A stretch of DNA of 62,344 nt, counting the filler. It is 9 parts of 9 records of this genome, joined end to end, with 100 filler letters (N's around TTAATTAATTAA, not from the genome) between each part and the next. Parts side by side here need not be neighbours in the genome. Positions count along the whole stretch, not along the records: positions 35,867 to 41,824 come from SRR31147125_108267; positions 41,925 to 49,876 come from SRR31147125_108352; positions 49,977 to 56,184 come from SRR31147125_108533; 6 more parts are not named here. One strand, written 5' to 3'. Numbering within the stretch: position 1 is the first letter of the stretch; every line of letters starts with the position of its first letter. Of the stretch, positions 39,877 through 50,373 are shown piece by piece. Below the pieces are notes generated by a model. The model was not told the DNA's origin and did no database searches. It saw only the letters and a program-made list of their open reading frames with translations. A program made the position numbers and the translations under genes.

Positions 39877-41067
39877 ATGACAGTAAAAATAAAGATTGAA
39901 AACATAGTGAAGGTATTCGGAAAAAAGCCGAAACAGGCTTTGTCAATGATAGAAAAGGGGATGTCCAAAGGAGAAATTCTTGAAAAGACCGGCTTGGGCG
40001 TGGGCGTAAGCCATGCCAGCTTTGAGGTTTTTGAAGGTGAAATTGTCGTTGTCATGGGGCTTTCCGGAAGTGGGAAATCCACACTTGTCAGGTGTCTTAA
40101 CCGATTGATTGAGCCCACGCTCGGAAAAATCATTGTCGACGGTACGAATGTCACCCAATTGTCTCCGGAGGAACTCAGACTCTTCAGGCAGAATAAATTC
40201 GGCATGGTCTTCCAGAATTTCGCCCTTTTCCCCCATAGAACAGTGGTGCAGAATACGGAATACGGCCTGGAAGTCAAAGGGGTTGACAAAGATGTCCGCC
40301 GGAAAAAGGCCATGGAGGTCTTGGAACAGGTCGGCCTTTCCGAGTGGAAAGATTCCCTGCCGGATCAGCTGAGCGGGGGGATGAAGCAGCGGGTCGGGCT
40401 TGCCAGGGCCCTTGCCCTGGATCCGGATATTCTGTTGATGGACGAAGCCTTCAGTGCATTGGATCCCCTGATCCGGCGCGACATGCAGGATGAATTGATC
40501 GAGCTCCAGAGCAGGCTGAATAAAACCATCATCTTTATCAGTCACGATCTTGACGAAGCATTAAAACTTGGGGACCGGATCGTTCTGATGAAGGACGGCG
40601 CCATTGTCCAGGTGGGAACTCCTGATGAAATTCTTTCCAATCCCGCCACTCGCTATGTGGAAAAATTTGTAGAAGACGTGGACATGACCAAGGTGCTCAC
40701 AGCGGATTCCATCAAGAGAAAAACAAAGGCCTATGGCATCATAAATAATGACGGACCCAAATCCATCCTGAGAAAAATGGATAAGGCCGGGGTTTCATAT
40801 GTATGCATGGTTTCAAAGGATAGCCGGTTTATCGGCATGGTGAGCGATGATGACGCCGCAGGCGCATTGAAAGCCGGCGCCACAAAGCTGGACCATATCA
40901 TTCAAAAAGAGATCAGGACCGCCAGTCCTGAAACGCCTGCAGTGGAACTTTTGGACCTGCTCAAGGATATCTCCTATCCTTTGGCCGTGGTGACCGATGA
41001 GGGGAAACTCAGCGGTGTGATAACCAAAGGTTCTCTTTTATCTGCGCTATCCCAGGGAGGTCACTAA
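39877..41067 (+). CDS. proV: Glycine betaine/proline ABC transporter ATPase with CBS domains
   Basis: GLSGSGKST, LSGGMKQR, MDEAFSALDPLIR and a C-terminal CBS pair. Confidence 0.95.
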   Translation: MTVKIKIENIVKVFGKKPKQALSMIEKGMSKGEILEKTGLGVGVSHASFEVFEGEIVVVMGLSGSGKSTLVRCLNRLIEPTLGKIIVDGTNVTQLSPEELRLFRQNKFGMVFQNFALFPHRTVVQNTEYGLEVKGVDKDVRRKKAMEVLEQVGLSEWKDSLPDQLSGGMKQRVGLARALALDPDILLMDEAFSALDPLIRRDMQDELIELQSRLNKTIIFISHDLDEALKLGDRIVLMKDGAIVQVGTPDEILSNPATRYVEKFVEDVDMTKVLTADSIKRKTKAYGIINNDGPKSILRKMDKAGVSYVCMVSKDSRFIGMVSDDDAAGALKAGATKLDHIIQKEIRTASPETPAVELLDLLKDISYPLAVVTDEGKLSGVITKGSLLSALSQGGH

Positions 41068-41824
41068 TGCCGGTATCCATACCCAAAATACCCATCGGAG
41101 AGATCATCGAAGCCAGTATCGATTTTCTGGTTGAGCATTTTTCATCGGTGACCAAGATTGTATCGGATGTCACGGAAACCGGGATTGATGGATTAATCGA
41201 CGCTATGCTTTTTTTGCCGCCGATATTTTTTATCATATTGATTTCATTCGGGGTCTTCCTGGTGACCCGCAAGAAATCCATTTCAGTTTTTTCTTTATTA
41301 GGCTTTTCACTGATCCTGAACATGGGGCTCTGGGATGCCACCGTCAGCACCTTGGCCCTTGTCTGTGTGGCTACCCTGGTGACCATTGCAGTGGGGCTTC
41401 CTCTGGGCATCCTTGCGGCCTTGAATGATACTGCACATAAAATCATTATCCCTATTCTCGATTTTATGCAGACCATGCCTGCATTTGTTTACCTGATCCC
41501 TGCCATTCCCTTTTTTGGCCTTGGAAAAGTGGCCGCCATATTCTCGACCATGATATTTGCCATGCCCCCGACCATCCGGCTGACTTCTCTGGGAATCCGC
41601 CAGATTCCGGAGGAACTTATCGAGGCTGCCGATGCCTTTGGGTCAACAAAGGCCCAGAAATTATTCAAACTTCAAATTCCCATGGCATCCCCAACCATTA
41701 TGGCGGGTATCAATCAGGCCATAATGCTGGCACTTTCCATGGTGGTGATTGCCGCCATGATCGGGGCAAAGGGGCTTGGCGGCGAAGTCTGGAAAGCCAT
41801 TCAGCGCCTTCAGCCGGGCAGGGG
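41067..41824 (+). CDS. proW: Glycine betaine/proline ABC transporter permease, 3'-truncated
   Basis: LDFMQTMPAFVYLIP, EAA motif and GINQAIMLALSMVV. Confidence 0.95.
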
Positions 41825-41924
41825 NNNNNNNNNNNNNNNNNNNNNNNNNNNNNNNNNNNNNNNNNNNNTTAATTAATTAANNNNNNNNNNNNNNNNNNNN
41901 NNNNNNNNNNNNNNNNNNNNNNNN
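41825..41924. other. Artificial contig linker
   Basis: 44 N + TTAATTAATTAA + 44 N. Confidence 0.99.
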
Positions 41925-42122
41925 AAACCAAAAGGCCCCGACCTCGCTTCGCTCGCACGGGTGAGTTAAGCAGCCTGGGTTGAATGCTCTTCCGATCAGC
42001 AAGTCTATCTCTGCGTTTGTATGGAATTAGAATCAATCCCTCATGTCAGCGTTGTAGCGCAGCATAGAGGCGAGTTTTGCTCGCTCATTGCCGATGGGCG
42101 AAGCGGAGAAAGGGCACAATTC

Positions 42123-43166
42123 TTAAGGCAGAAACACCGTCTGCTGAAACACATTCTGGACAATAAACAGAAACACAAAGCTGATCAAACAGGCAAAAAT
42201 CGGAGTTGTGATCCAGCTGCCCGCGATCCCACCTACAGTTCGCCAGCGGATATTGTGCTTCCCCTTTAACAGCCCCATGCCGACTACGGCACCGACAATC
42301 GCCTGCGAGCTGGAGACCGGAACCAGCGGCAGGGTTGGCAGGCCGGCCCCTTGAAGGAAGGCTTCCAGATGTTGAGAGGCGAACAGAAAAAGAACCACTG
42401 AGTGGGCCCAGACGGCAACGAAGGCCATGACCGGTGAGAGTTTGAAAATTCCTCCGCCGACTGTTTCCATGACCCGGTGCGAGTAAGTCATGACGCCGAC
42501 GGCAATGGCCAGGCTGCCGATAAAGAACAGTTGTTGTGCTGCACTGATGTGGATGCCAAGCAGGCTCATGTCATGAAAAGGAGCCACTGGAAGGAAGACA
42601 CCGACGACGTTGGCGATATTGTTTGCGCCCAGGGCAAAGGATCCGAAGATCCCGGTTAAAACAAGTGCATACCGGGTCATTTCGTCCAGCTTGAACATGT
42701 GAACTTTGAACTTCATGATGTAAAAGCTGACGATTTTGTATGAGACAACGGCGATGATGGCGGACAGGAACGGGCAGGCGATCCAGGTGGTGACAATCTT
42801 GATCAGAGCACTACTGTCTGTTGGGGAACCGGAAAACAGGTTCCAGCCGACGATGGCGCCGACGATCGCCTGTGAGGTGGAAACCGGGTAGCGGGCCAGG
42901 GTCATCAGGTAGACGCTGATCGCGGCAGCGAAGGCAACGACAAAGGCCCCCGCGACGGCATTGACTGCGCCCAGTTTCCCCAGGGTGTGGGTGGCTCCGG
43001 CGCCACTGACGACGGCTCCGATAATCACGAACACACTGCACAGGATCGCGGCGGTTCGAAATCTGAGCATGCGCGATCCAACGGCTGTGCCGAAGACGTT
43101 GGAGGCATCGTTAGCACCCAGCGACCAGCCGAGAAAGATGCCACTGGAGAGGAAGAAAAGGAACAT
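42123..43166 (-). CDS. PiT family inorganic phosphate transporter
   Basis: GANDASN / GANNIAN and PVSTSQ / PVSSSQ inverted-repeat motifs. Confidence 0.92.
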   Translation of the reverse strand: MFLFFLSSGIFLGWSLGANDASNVFGTAVGSRMLRFRTAAILCSVFVIIGAVVSGAGATHTLGKLGAVNAVAGAFVVAFAAAISVYLMTLARYPVSTSQAIVGAIVGWNLFSGSPTDSSALIKIVTTWIACPFLSAIIAVVSYKIVSFYIMKFKVHMFKLDEMTRYALVLTGIFGSFALGANNIANVVGVFLPVAPFHDMSLLGIHISAAQQLFFIGSLAIAVGVMTYSHRVMETVGGGIFKLSPVMAFVAVWAHSVVLFLFASQHLEAFLQGAGLPTLPLVPVSSSQAIVGAVVGMGLLKGKHNIRWRTVGGIAGSWITTPIFACLISFVFLFIVQNVFQQTVFLP

Positions 43167-43175
43167 CTGCTGCCT

Positions 43176-43829
43176 TTACAGTGAGCGTTTGATGACGAAG
43201 ATTGCCAATCGATCGGCCAGATCTTCTGCCTGGTCGGCGATGTTGTCCGTGTGTTTAATGATGCCACGTAGCTGCATCTTTTCAGCAAGGTCGAGCTTGT
43301 CGTCAGAAAAGATGGCTTTTTGCAGGCGGGTTGCAGCCTTGTCCGATTCCGTTTCCCAGAAAGCGACTTTGTGCATGTGATCCGCAACCTGGGAGATGTC
43401 TTTGAAATAGGCCCGAAGTGACAGCGTCATCGATTCGACGGTTTGAACAGAGCAGTTATTGAGCGCTTTCAATTCGTCCCGATACGCTTCCGGAATAAAG
43501 GGCCGCTCATTCTCGATTCTGAACATGACGCCTTTAAACTGACCGAGCAGGGCATCCATCCGCTCGATCAGCTCTAGAACATCCCCCCGTGATTCTGGAA
43601 TTAATGTCTTGCGGTAAAGCAGATCCTCGATCGAGCGGCGCAGGGTGTCGGCTTCCTTCTCCGTTTCGACCATCTGGTGCAGATGATGTTCAAACTGCTC
43701 TGTTTTGTCGGCCAGATAGGCATTCATCCCCTGGACAAAAATCAGTCCCGATTCGCTGGCCAGATCAAGAAAGTTATCAATCTCTTTTTCAATGCCGGTT
43801 CGGTTCTTAAAAATACTGATGAATGCCAT
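43176..43829 (-). CDS. DUF47 / PhoU-like phosphate transport regulator
   Basis: EKEAD, ETESD and IADQAED motifs, directly upstream of PiT. ATG 43829 follows GGAGAGGA. Confidence 0.88.
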   Translation of the reverse strand: MAFISIFKNRTGIEKEIDNFLDLASESGLIFVQGMNAYLADKTEQFEHHLHQMVETEKEADTLRRSIEDLLYRKTLIPESRGDVLELIERMDALLGQFKGVMFRIENERPFIPEAYRDELKALNNCSVQTVESMTLSLRAYFKDISQVADHMHKVAFWETESDKAATRLQKAIFSDDKLDLAEKMQLRGIIKHTDNIADQAEDLADRLAIFVIKRSL

Positions 43830-43875
43830 TTTGCTATCCTCTCCACTACGCATTGTTGCGTTGCAGCATATATTT

Positions 43876-46031
43876 TTAAAGAGCTTCCAATCGCTGTATC
43901 TCTGAAATCAACTTTTCCGATTCATAGGCAAGGTTTCTTGAAACCGAGAATAGGAGGTCAGCATATAGGCCCGCTTTCATTTTTGCAGAGACCTGTTCGA
44001 TATCAGCTTTCCTGAGTTTATACAGAGTCGTCTCTCCCTGAGCGATGTAGCGTGTAGTCGTCGGCCCCAGCCCGAAAAACGAGGGTTTTCCAAAATAAAC
44101 ACCGGGGGCGTATTTTGCCAGCACTTTGTAAGATGTATGACCGTTGTAGAGTCTGCGTTCAACACATCCTTTTTTAACCATATAAATGGATGTGCCGCTA
44201 TCACCCTCTTTGAGAACCACCTCTTTATTATTATACCGTTTTTTGTCTGCGATCTCTTTGAGTAAGGCGATTCCGGTTGCATCAATGGACGTACACAGCT
44301 CATTCTTATCAAAAGGAACGGAGTAGGTTGCAGATCGTATGCTTTCGATATCGATGTTGTGCTTTTTTAAAATTTGATCTTCTGCATATTCAAGTGCCCT
44401 CACCGTTGATTTGAAAATGATGATTCGGCTCCAATCTCGGTTTCTTTCTATTGAGGCAAAGGTTTTCTTTGCTTTTTTCCCAAAGCCCAGGCGCTTGTGA
44501 AGATGGGTAAAAACGATTTTTGTCCCACTTTTTCTAGCCATTTCAACCATTTGCATGAGGATGACCATTCCGCTCATGTCGATCGATGGAACCCGGCGAA
44601 AATGGAGAATAATCACCAGTCTCCCCTGGGCCTCTTTCATGACTCTGGTATACAGCTGGTCCGTTCTGGCAAAATAAAGACTGCCCTGAAGTTCGATCAA
44701 TATCGCCTGGTCGCCATGTTCTTTCAGAATCTTGCCGTGTTGTTCATTCCATCTCCGCGGTGAGTGATATTCGACGATATTGGTCTGGCGTCTTATGACA
44801 GATCTCTGCATGTTCCTGCGGATGAAAGCTATGATGGAAAAAGCATTCCGAGAGCAACTGCTTTTGTGACGTCGAAAAAAATCGTTACCGCAATCACCAT
44901 GATAGCGTTGAGCGCGTCCAGTCGAGTATATTTGCCTGCGAACCAGAGAAAGATATTGGGATTAATCATTTTTATGCCGATATAAATAATTACTCCCGAC
45001 AGCGCTGAAAGAGGAAGAAATGTTCCTAAATTTCTTCCAAAAAATGTAACAAGGATAATAATCACTGCAGCAAAAATAGGGCTCCAGCGCCTGCCACCGG
45101 CCATGATACATGCCAGAGTCGACCCTTTTGTTCCTCCACCACCGACACCGCCGGTAATACCGATGATTATCTGTGCGATACCCTGAGCGACCAGTTCTTT
45201 TTTGGCGTTGTGGCGTGTATATGTCTGACTGTCTGCTACGAGTGCTGTCAGCAAACAGTCAATCATGACAAGGACCGTCAATGCTATTGCCGAAACGATG
45301 ATCAGTCTCCACGGCAATTGAGATAGGTGGATGGTGTCAAACCGATCGAAAATATTGTTAATACTGATTTCAGGGAGGGCACCTACAACCCAGTTAGGGT
45401 AGCCCCGGTTAGCTGTTACGGATTCCAGGATGGTGTATGTCGCAATGCCGCTCAACAGACCCATGAGGATTGAAGGAAGTCTGGGGATATAGACTTTAAA
45501 GCAGTAAATGGCGCTGAGAGTGGCGATCGTGACAATGACTGGAATATAACGACTCCATCCGTCAATCGCTGGGTCTGGAATGATCTGCTTGACTTGAGAC
45601 CAGATCATCAATATCCCGATGGCGGTTATCATGCTTGCCACGACCGGATAAGGAATAATCTTTATGATTTCGCCGCCTTTAAGCAGGCCGAACAGTATTT
45701 GGAATATGCCGGTAAAAAAAAGAACCGCCCCTAAAATGATCAGGATTTCCGAATGTGAGTATGTGGGAGACAGCTTTACGACCAGGCCGGAGAGAAGAAT
45801 CGTGACCGGACCATTTGGTGCACTTATCATTCCTGATGTTGCACCCATAAGACCTGATGCTAGGAGCAGGATCGTCGCACCGAGCAACCCGGCCATGGCA
45901 CCTGAGGATGCGTCGAGGCCAATGGCTGTGAATAGCAGAACGCTTAATCCGATGGTTTGCGGCAACACAGCGATAGCGCCGGTCAATCCGCCAAAAAAAT
46001 CGTTTTGCCATGTTGAAAAAGAGTCACGCAC
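43876..46031 (-). CDS. SulP anion transporter with STAS and cNMP-binding domains; 1-nt frameshift at the A5 run 44838-44842; start uncertain (up to 46226)
   Basis: LPQTIG, ISAPNG and KELVAQG. Adding one T gives GMLFSIIAFIRRNMQRSV, joining GSLYF / IDMSG (STAS) and LKEGDSG..GVYFG (cNMP). Confidence 0.85.
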
Positions 46032-46249
46032 GAGGGTCTGCTTTCTGAAGAGAAATTTTATTCTGACGTCGCTCCGATCTGACGTTTTTCTGTGCGGGAG
46101 AAAGCTTATTTCCGGTGCGGTGGCGGTGCGCTTCTCATCTGTCTGGATCGGAAGTGATTGTTTTCTCCGGCCGCCTAAAATCTCAGCGGAGATAACGACG
46201 GGTGTTACGCTGAGATGAGCAGCCACTGGGCCCTGATTATTATTTGAAT

Positions 46250-46269
46250 GCCCTCCTCGGAGGGAGGGC
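46250..46269. terminator. GC-rich hairpin after tctA
   Basis: GCCCTCC-TCGGAG-GGAGGGC, with no clear U-tract on the minus strand. Confidence 0.4.
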
Positions 46270-46284
46270 TCGTTTGTCGATCGA

Positions 46285-47760
46285 TTATTTTTGTTGTCGT
46301 TGCTGTTTGAGTATCTGGTAGATCGGTGGAGCGAGTAATAAGAAAATTATAATCCATAGAGCGATTGCCTGCGGACGGTTAAAGAAGATGGCGTAACTTC
46401 CGCGACTCATGATCAAGGCCTGAGCGAAGCCGGTTTCGGCAATCGGTCCGAGGATCAGCCCAAGGATCAGTGCTCCGAGGGAGAATCCGCATTTCGATAA
46501 GATCAGGGCAATAAAACCGCAGGCCAGGGCGATGAAAATATCCAGAATACTGTTATTCATGGCGTAGGATCCCAGGACTGAGAAGAGGCAGACCACCGGA
46601 ATCAGCAGACCGATCGGTGTCAGGGATATTTTGGCAAAGTAGGGCGCCATGAACAGGCCGAGAACCAGAAAGACAACGTTGGCAACGAAGAGGGACATGA
46701 TAAAGGCGTAAGTCATGACCCCGTACTTTGTGAACAGTTCCGGTCCCGGGATCAGTCCGTGAATCAACAGGCCTCCGAGCAGAGCTGCTGCAACACTGTT
46801 GCCGGGGATGCCGAGGGTCAGGGTTGGGACCAGCGATCCGCCGACGCAGCCGTTGTTCCCCGCCTCCGCAGCGGCTATCCCTTCTGGGTTGCCTTTCCCG
46901 AAGAGGTGTTTGTTCTTTGATCTGCGGCGGTCGATATTGTAGGACATGAAGGCCGCGATGGTTGCCCCTTCACCAGGAAGAATACCGACAATGGTGCCGA
47001 CGATCGAGCCGAGTGTAATCGGCTTGTGAATTCCCTTCGGCAAGGGTTCGCGTTTTAATTCCTTGATGTGTGTTGTATCGGAGACAATATTCTTTGCTCC
47101 GGTCAATTCGAGCATCTGCGAGATCGAGAACATCCCGATCAGGGCCGGCATGAAAGCGACACCATCAAACAGATCGTGGAGGCCCAGGGTATAGCGGAGC
47201 ATTCCCGACATTGGATCGGTTCCAACGACAGCCAGGATCAAACCGATCAGTCCGGAGATCAGAGCCTTGACCAGGCGATTTTCATCATCCGCCATGGAGA
47301 CAATGCCGGCCAGGCCCAGCAGGGCCAGCAAAAAATATTCCGGGGGGCCGAAAGTCAGAGCAAAAGTCGCCAGGATCGGAGCGATCAGCAGAAGGATAAA
47401 GGCAGAGAAGATGCCCCCGGTAAAGCTGGCAACAACCGAGACTTTAAGTGCCAGGCCGCCATGCCCGTTCTGGGTCATGGTGTAGCCTTCCAGTGACGTT
47501 GCAACAGCCGCTGGGGTTCCTGGTGTTCTCAGTAGAATCGCCGGGATCGACCCACCATACATGGCACCACAGTAGACACCGCCCATCAGCAGCAACCCTG
47601 TTAACGGTTCAAGAGCGAAGGTGACCGGGATCAGCAGAGCGACGGCCATGGTCGCGGTCAGCCCGGGCATGCCACCGACAATAACACCGGAGGTTGTGCC
47701 GATAAACACTGCCAGTAAAGACGTGGGGGTGAAAAGAGCTTGCAGCGCTTGCAGTAACAT
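46285..47760 (-). CDS. tctA: Tripartite tricarboxylate transporter permease
   Basis: GGMPGLTATM, YGGSIPAILL.TPGTP, AAEAGNN and TLGIPG motifs. Confidence 0.93.
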   Translation of the reverse strand: MLLQALQALFTPTSLLAVFIGTTSGVIVGGMPGLTATMAVALLIPVTFALEPLTGLLLMGGVYCGAMYGGSIPAILLRTPGTPAAVATSLEGYTMTQNGHGGLALKVSVVASFTGGIFSAFILLLIAPILATFALTFGPPEYFLLALLGLAGIVSMADDENRLVKALISGLIGLILAVVGTDPMSGMLRYTLGLHDLFDGVAFMPALIGMFSISQMLELTGAKNIVSDTTHIKELKREPLPKGIHKPITLGSIVGTIVGILPGEGATIAAFMSYNIDRRRSKNKHLFGKGNPEGIAAAEAGNNGCVGGSLVPTLTLGIPGNSVAAALLGGLLIHGLIPGPELFTKYGVMTYAFIMSLFVANVVFLVLGLFMAPYFAKISLTPIGLLIPVVCLFSVLGSYAMNNSILDIFIALACGFIALILSKCGFSLGALILGLILGPIAETGFAQALIMSRGSYAIFFNRPQAIALWIIIFLLLAPPIYQILKQQRQQK

Positions 47761-47772
47761 AGACGGACACCT

Positions 47773-48228
47773 TTAGTAAAAGAGCGAGCCTTCGGGGAGC
47801 GGCACTTCGAGCAGCTTTGCGAAAACGAGATAGACAAAGAGGATCGTTCCGCCGCTGGTTAAAGTAATCCGCAGCGGTTTCTTTTCTCCCAGGAGAACCA
47901 TCCCGAGAGGCAGGTAGACAGCCGAAGTCAGATAAAAACCGAAGGTCGAAAGCAGGGCTGAGTACAGGATCAAAAGGACCAGAAGTCCCCAGAAACGGAC
48001 CGGTGCTGCCGCGAGGTGAAGGCGATCACTGGTTGCCTCTTTGCGTTGACGGACCCAAAGGAGCAGTTCAAACGCACAAAGCACGCCGAGGGCGACTCCG
48101 AGAAAGCGGACGTACATGGCGGTTGAGCCCTGGACCGACTGGGGATAACCTGCCGTGCTGCGGTAAAGCAGCACGGCGAGGATCAGATAGCCGATAAGAA
48201 TAATCAGTTCAGCTAAACGTTTTGTCAT
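47773..48228 (-). CDS. tctB: Tripartite tricarboxylate transporter small subunit
   Basis: Four TM helices, FGFY and C-terminal LEVPLPEG; lies between tctC and tctA. Confidence 0.88.
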   Translation of the reverse strand: MTKRLAELIILIGYLILAVLLYRSTAGYPQSVQGSTAMYVRFLGVALGVLCAFELLLWVRQRKEATSDRLHLAAAPVRFWGLLVLLILYSALLSTFGFYLTSAVYLPLGMVLLGEKKPLRITLTSGGTILFVYLVFAKLLEVPLPEGSLFY

Positions 48229-48234
48229 ATCCGA

Positions 48235-49176
48235 TTACCATGGGGTCTTGTCATAAAATTTCTGTGTCTCTGCCTGAAGATCAGTCAGGTAGGCCAGGTA
48301 GTCGTCACCGCTCATCGGCAGACGGAACATGACGGCTTTGTCACAGGCAGCCTGGAACTCAGAGTCATTGTTGACCTTCTGAACCAGATCTTCGAGCTTG
48401 GCGAGGATTTTCCTGTCGATTTTCGCCGGGGCGACGAAACCACGGGTCGCGGTCATGCTGACCGGGTAGCCCTGCTCTTTGGCGGTCTTGACGTCGGGAA
48501 GGATATCGGAGCGCTCGTCATTGAGGATTGCGATGATGCGGGCCTTCCCTGCTTTGTGCTGCGCCTGAAGCTGAGACAGGTTCATAATGCTGGCGTCAAT
48601 GTGGCCGCCGAGGATCATGGCTTTCTGCTCGGTGGACCCTTTGGTCGGCATCAGGTTAAAGGTCACACCTGTCTGCAACTCAAGCTTCTTGGCGGCGACG
48701 AAGTCGTCCGAGCCGATGCCGTTAACAGCAGTCGTCAGGCTCTTTGCCTTGGCGCCCTTGATGAATTCATCAAGTGAGTTGTAAGGGCTATCTGCGGTCA
48801 CCGCGACGATCAACGGATCCTGCATCGAGTTGCCGAGAATGCGGAAGCTGTCCAGAGTGTAGCGAGCGCGCTTGGAGACCACATGTGCGACAATCTGAGT
48901 TGTGAAGACCATGCCGAAGGTGTAGCCGTTTGGTCTGGCGCTGGCGATTTCTTCAAAACCCTTCTGACCGCCGGAGCCGCCAACATTTTTAATGACAAAG
49001 TCAGCATCAGGCCAGAACTTCTTGGCCGACTTGATGAACAGGCGCGCTGTGGTGTCTGTCGATCCAGCCGCTTTTGAAGGAACGATCAGTTTGATCGGCT
49101 TTTCTGGGTAAGCGGCCAGTGCTGAGAGCGGAAAAATCAGGGCCAGTGCGATGGCCAGGACGATAAATTTACGCAT
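48235..49176 (-). CDS. tctC: Tripartite tricarboxylate transporter substrate-binding protein (Bug/TctC)
   Basis: True start MRKFIVLA at 49176 after GGAGG; YPEKPIKLIVP, NVGGSGG, PNGYT and LPDVKTAKEQG. Confidence 0.92.
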   Translation of the reverse strand: MRKFIVLAIALALIFPLSALAAYPEKPIKLIVPSKAAGSTDTTARLFIKSAKKFWPDADFVIKNVGGSGGQKGFEEIASARPNGYTFGMVFTTQIVAHVVSKRARYTLDSFRILGNSMQDPLIVAVTADSPYNSLDEFIKGAKAKSLTTAVNGIGSDDFVAAKKLELQTGVTFNLMPTKGSTEQKAMILGGHIDASIMNLSQLQAQHKAGKARIIAILNDERSDILPDVKTAKEQGYPVSMTATRGFVAPAKIDRKILAKLEDLVQKVNNDSEFQAACDKAVMFRLPMSGDDYLAYLTDLQAETQKFYDKTPW

Positions 49177-49243
49177 TTTACCTCCGATGAAGTGGAATGA
49201 AATCAAGTTGATACGCTTGTTGAGACTGACAATCACGAGTGGA

Positions 49244-49648
49244 TTATTTGGCAAAGGAGACAACGACAGATGACAGCTTGTCATAATCTTCATTGACGAT
49301 GTCAACGGTGTAGCTGCCGGCCTTGATAATCTTTTTCTTGACCATGCGGCCATAGGACCAGGTTGTGGCCCAGGCGCCGTTGGCGTTGACCTTGGGAGCC
49401 GGTTTAAGGGCATCGCTCAGGTCACTTTTAATCCCGTCACTGGAATTGAAGATCAGGACGATGTCTGTTCCAGGAGCAAAGCCATTGCCACTGAAATCGA
49501 GCTTCCCTTTTTTATCGAGAGAGAAGGGGCCGGCAGTCGAGACTTGAATGCTGGTTTTGTCCATCCCCTGTTTAGAGGTGACGCCAGCGCAACCGACGAC
49601 GAGTGTCGCCACCATTAGAAACACGATTGAGACCATGAGACGTTTCAT
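49244..49648 (-). CDS. Small lipoprotein, beta-rich (Ig-like), first gene of the tct operon
   Basis: RBS AAGGAG, lipobox VVG-C, GNGFAPG and AGSYTV patterns. Confidence 0.75.
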   Translation of the reverse strand: MKRLMVSIVFLMVATLVVGCAGVTSKQGMDKTSIQVSTAGPFSLDKKGKLDFSGNGFAPGTDIVLIFNSSDGIKSDLSDALKPAPKVNANGAWATTWSYGRMVKKKIIKAGSYTVDIVNEDYDKLSSVVVSFAK

Positions 49649-49732
49649 TCTGTTCTCTCCTTTGCTGTCATATGAACGTTAATGCAGTTGGACTGGCGAG
49701 CAGTCCCCGATAGGATTCTGTCCTGATCCATA

Positions 49733-49747
49733 TCAATCACTATGCCA
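49733..49747 (-). promoter_or_regulatory. Possible sigma54 promoter (GG-N10-GA variant)
   Basis: TGGCAT-AGTGA-TTGA, about 85 nt upstream of the lipoprotein start. Confidence 0.5.
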
Positions 49748-49876
49748 ATGAGAGGGTCGCAAAAAGGCGATTCAAAAGGAATTTATAAAGGGTTGGTTTT
49801 GTAAGGAGTTTTAATGGTTACAGCAGGGGATGTCTGATTCCCGCCCTGCCCGGATCGCAGAGGCGGGAGCCCTTTT

Positions 49877-49976
49877 NNNNNNNNNNNNNNNNNNNNNNNN
49901 NNNNNNNNNNNNNNNNNNNNTTAATTAATTAANNNNNNNNNNNNNNNNNNNNNNNNNNNNNNNNNNNNNNNNNNNN
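49877..49976. other. Artificial contig linker
   Basis: 44 N + TTAATTAATTAA + 44 N. Confidence 0.99.
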
Positions 49977-50312
49977 TGAAGAAAGACAAAGAATCATTTC
50001 GGGAAACTCTTTACGGATTAATCGCAAAGTGGTCATTGTTTCTTTCGGATTGGCAAAAGGATCGCCAGGTCCTGCAATACCTACTACCGAAAGATGAGGC
50101 ATCTTTTCTTTTAGTTTAATCAGATACGCTAAAGCCTGCTCTGGAGACAACACTTTACTGGTTACTCCCGGACGACTTTCATTCACACAATCATTATCCC
50201 GCTTGCAATAATTACATTGAATGTTGCATTTTGGTGCTACAGGCAAATGTACCCGTGCATATTTTCCTTTCGCTTTTAAGCTAAAACATGGGTGTTTTTC
50301 AATGTCAATCAT
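49977..50312 (-). CDS. nifB: FeMo-cofactor biosynthesis radical SAM protein, 3'-truncated
   Basis: HPCF, CNIQCNYC, ESRPG and AGPGDP motifs. Confidence 0.95.
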
Positions 50313-50373
50313 ATCGTTTACTTTTTTTGTGAGTAGTTATAAGATGAATCAGCCGATAACTAGACGCTTCGTT

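Noticed and set aside
41925-41980. attC-like sequence (CCCGACC-TCGCTTCGCTCGC-ACGGGTGAG)
   Set aside because: No GTTRRRY core at the expected place, it is cut by the contig edge, and no integrase or cassette array is present.
49177-49413. 79-aa N-terminal extension of TctC in the ORF track
   Set aside because: It overlaps the upstream lipoprotein gene. The real start at 49176 has an RBS and a signal peptide.
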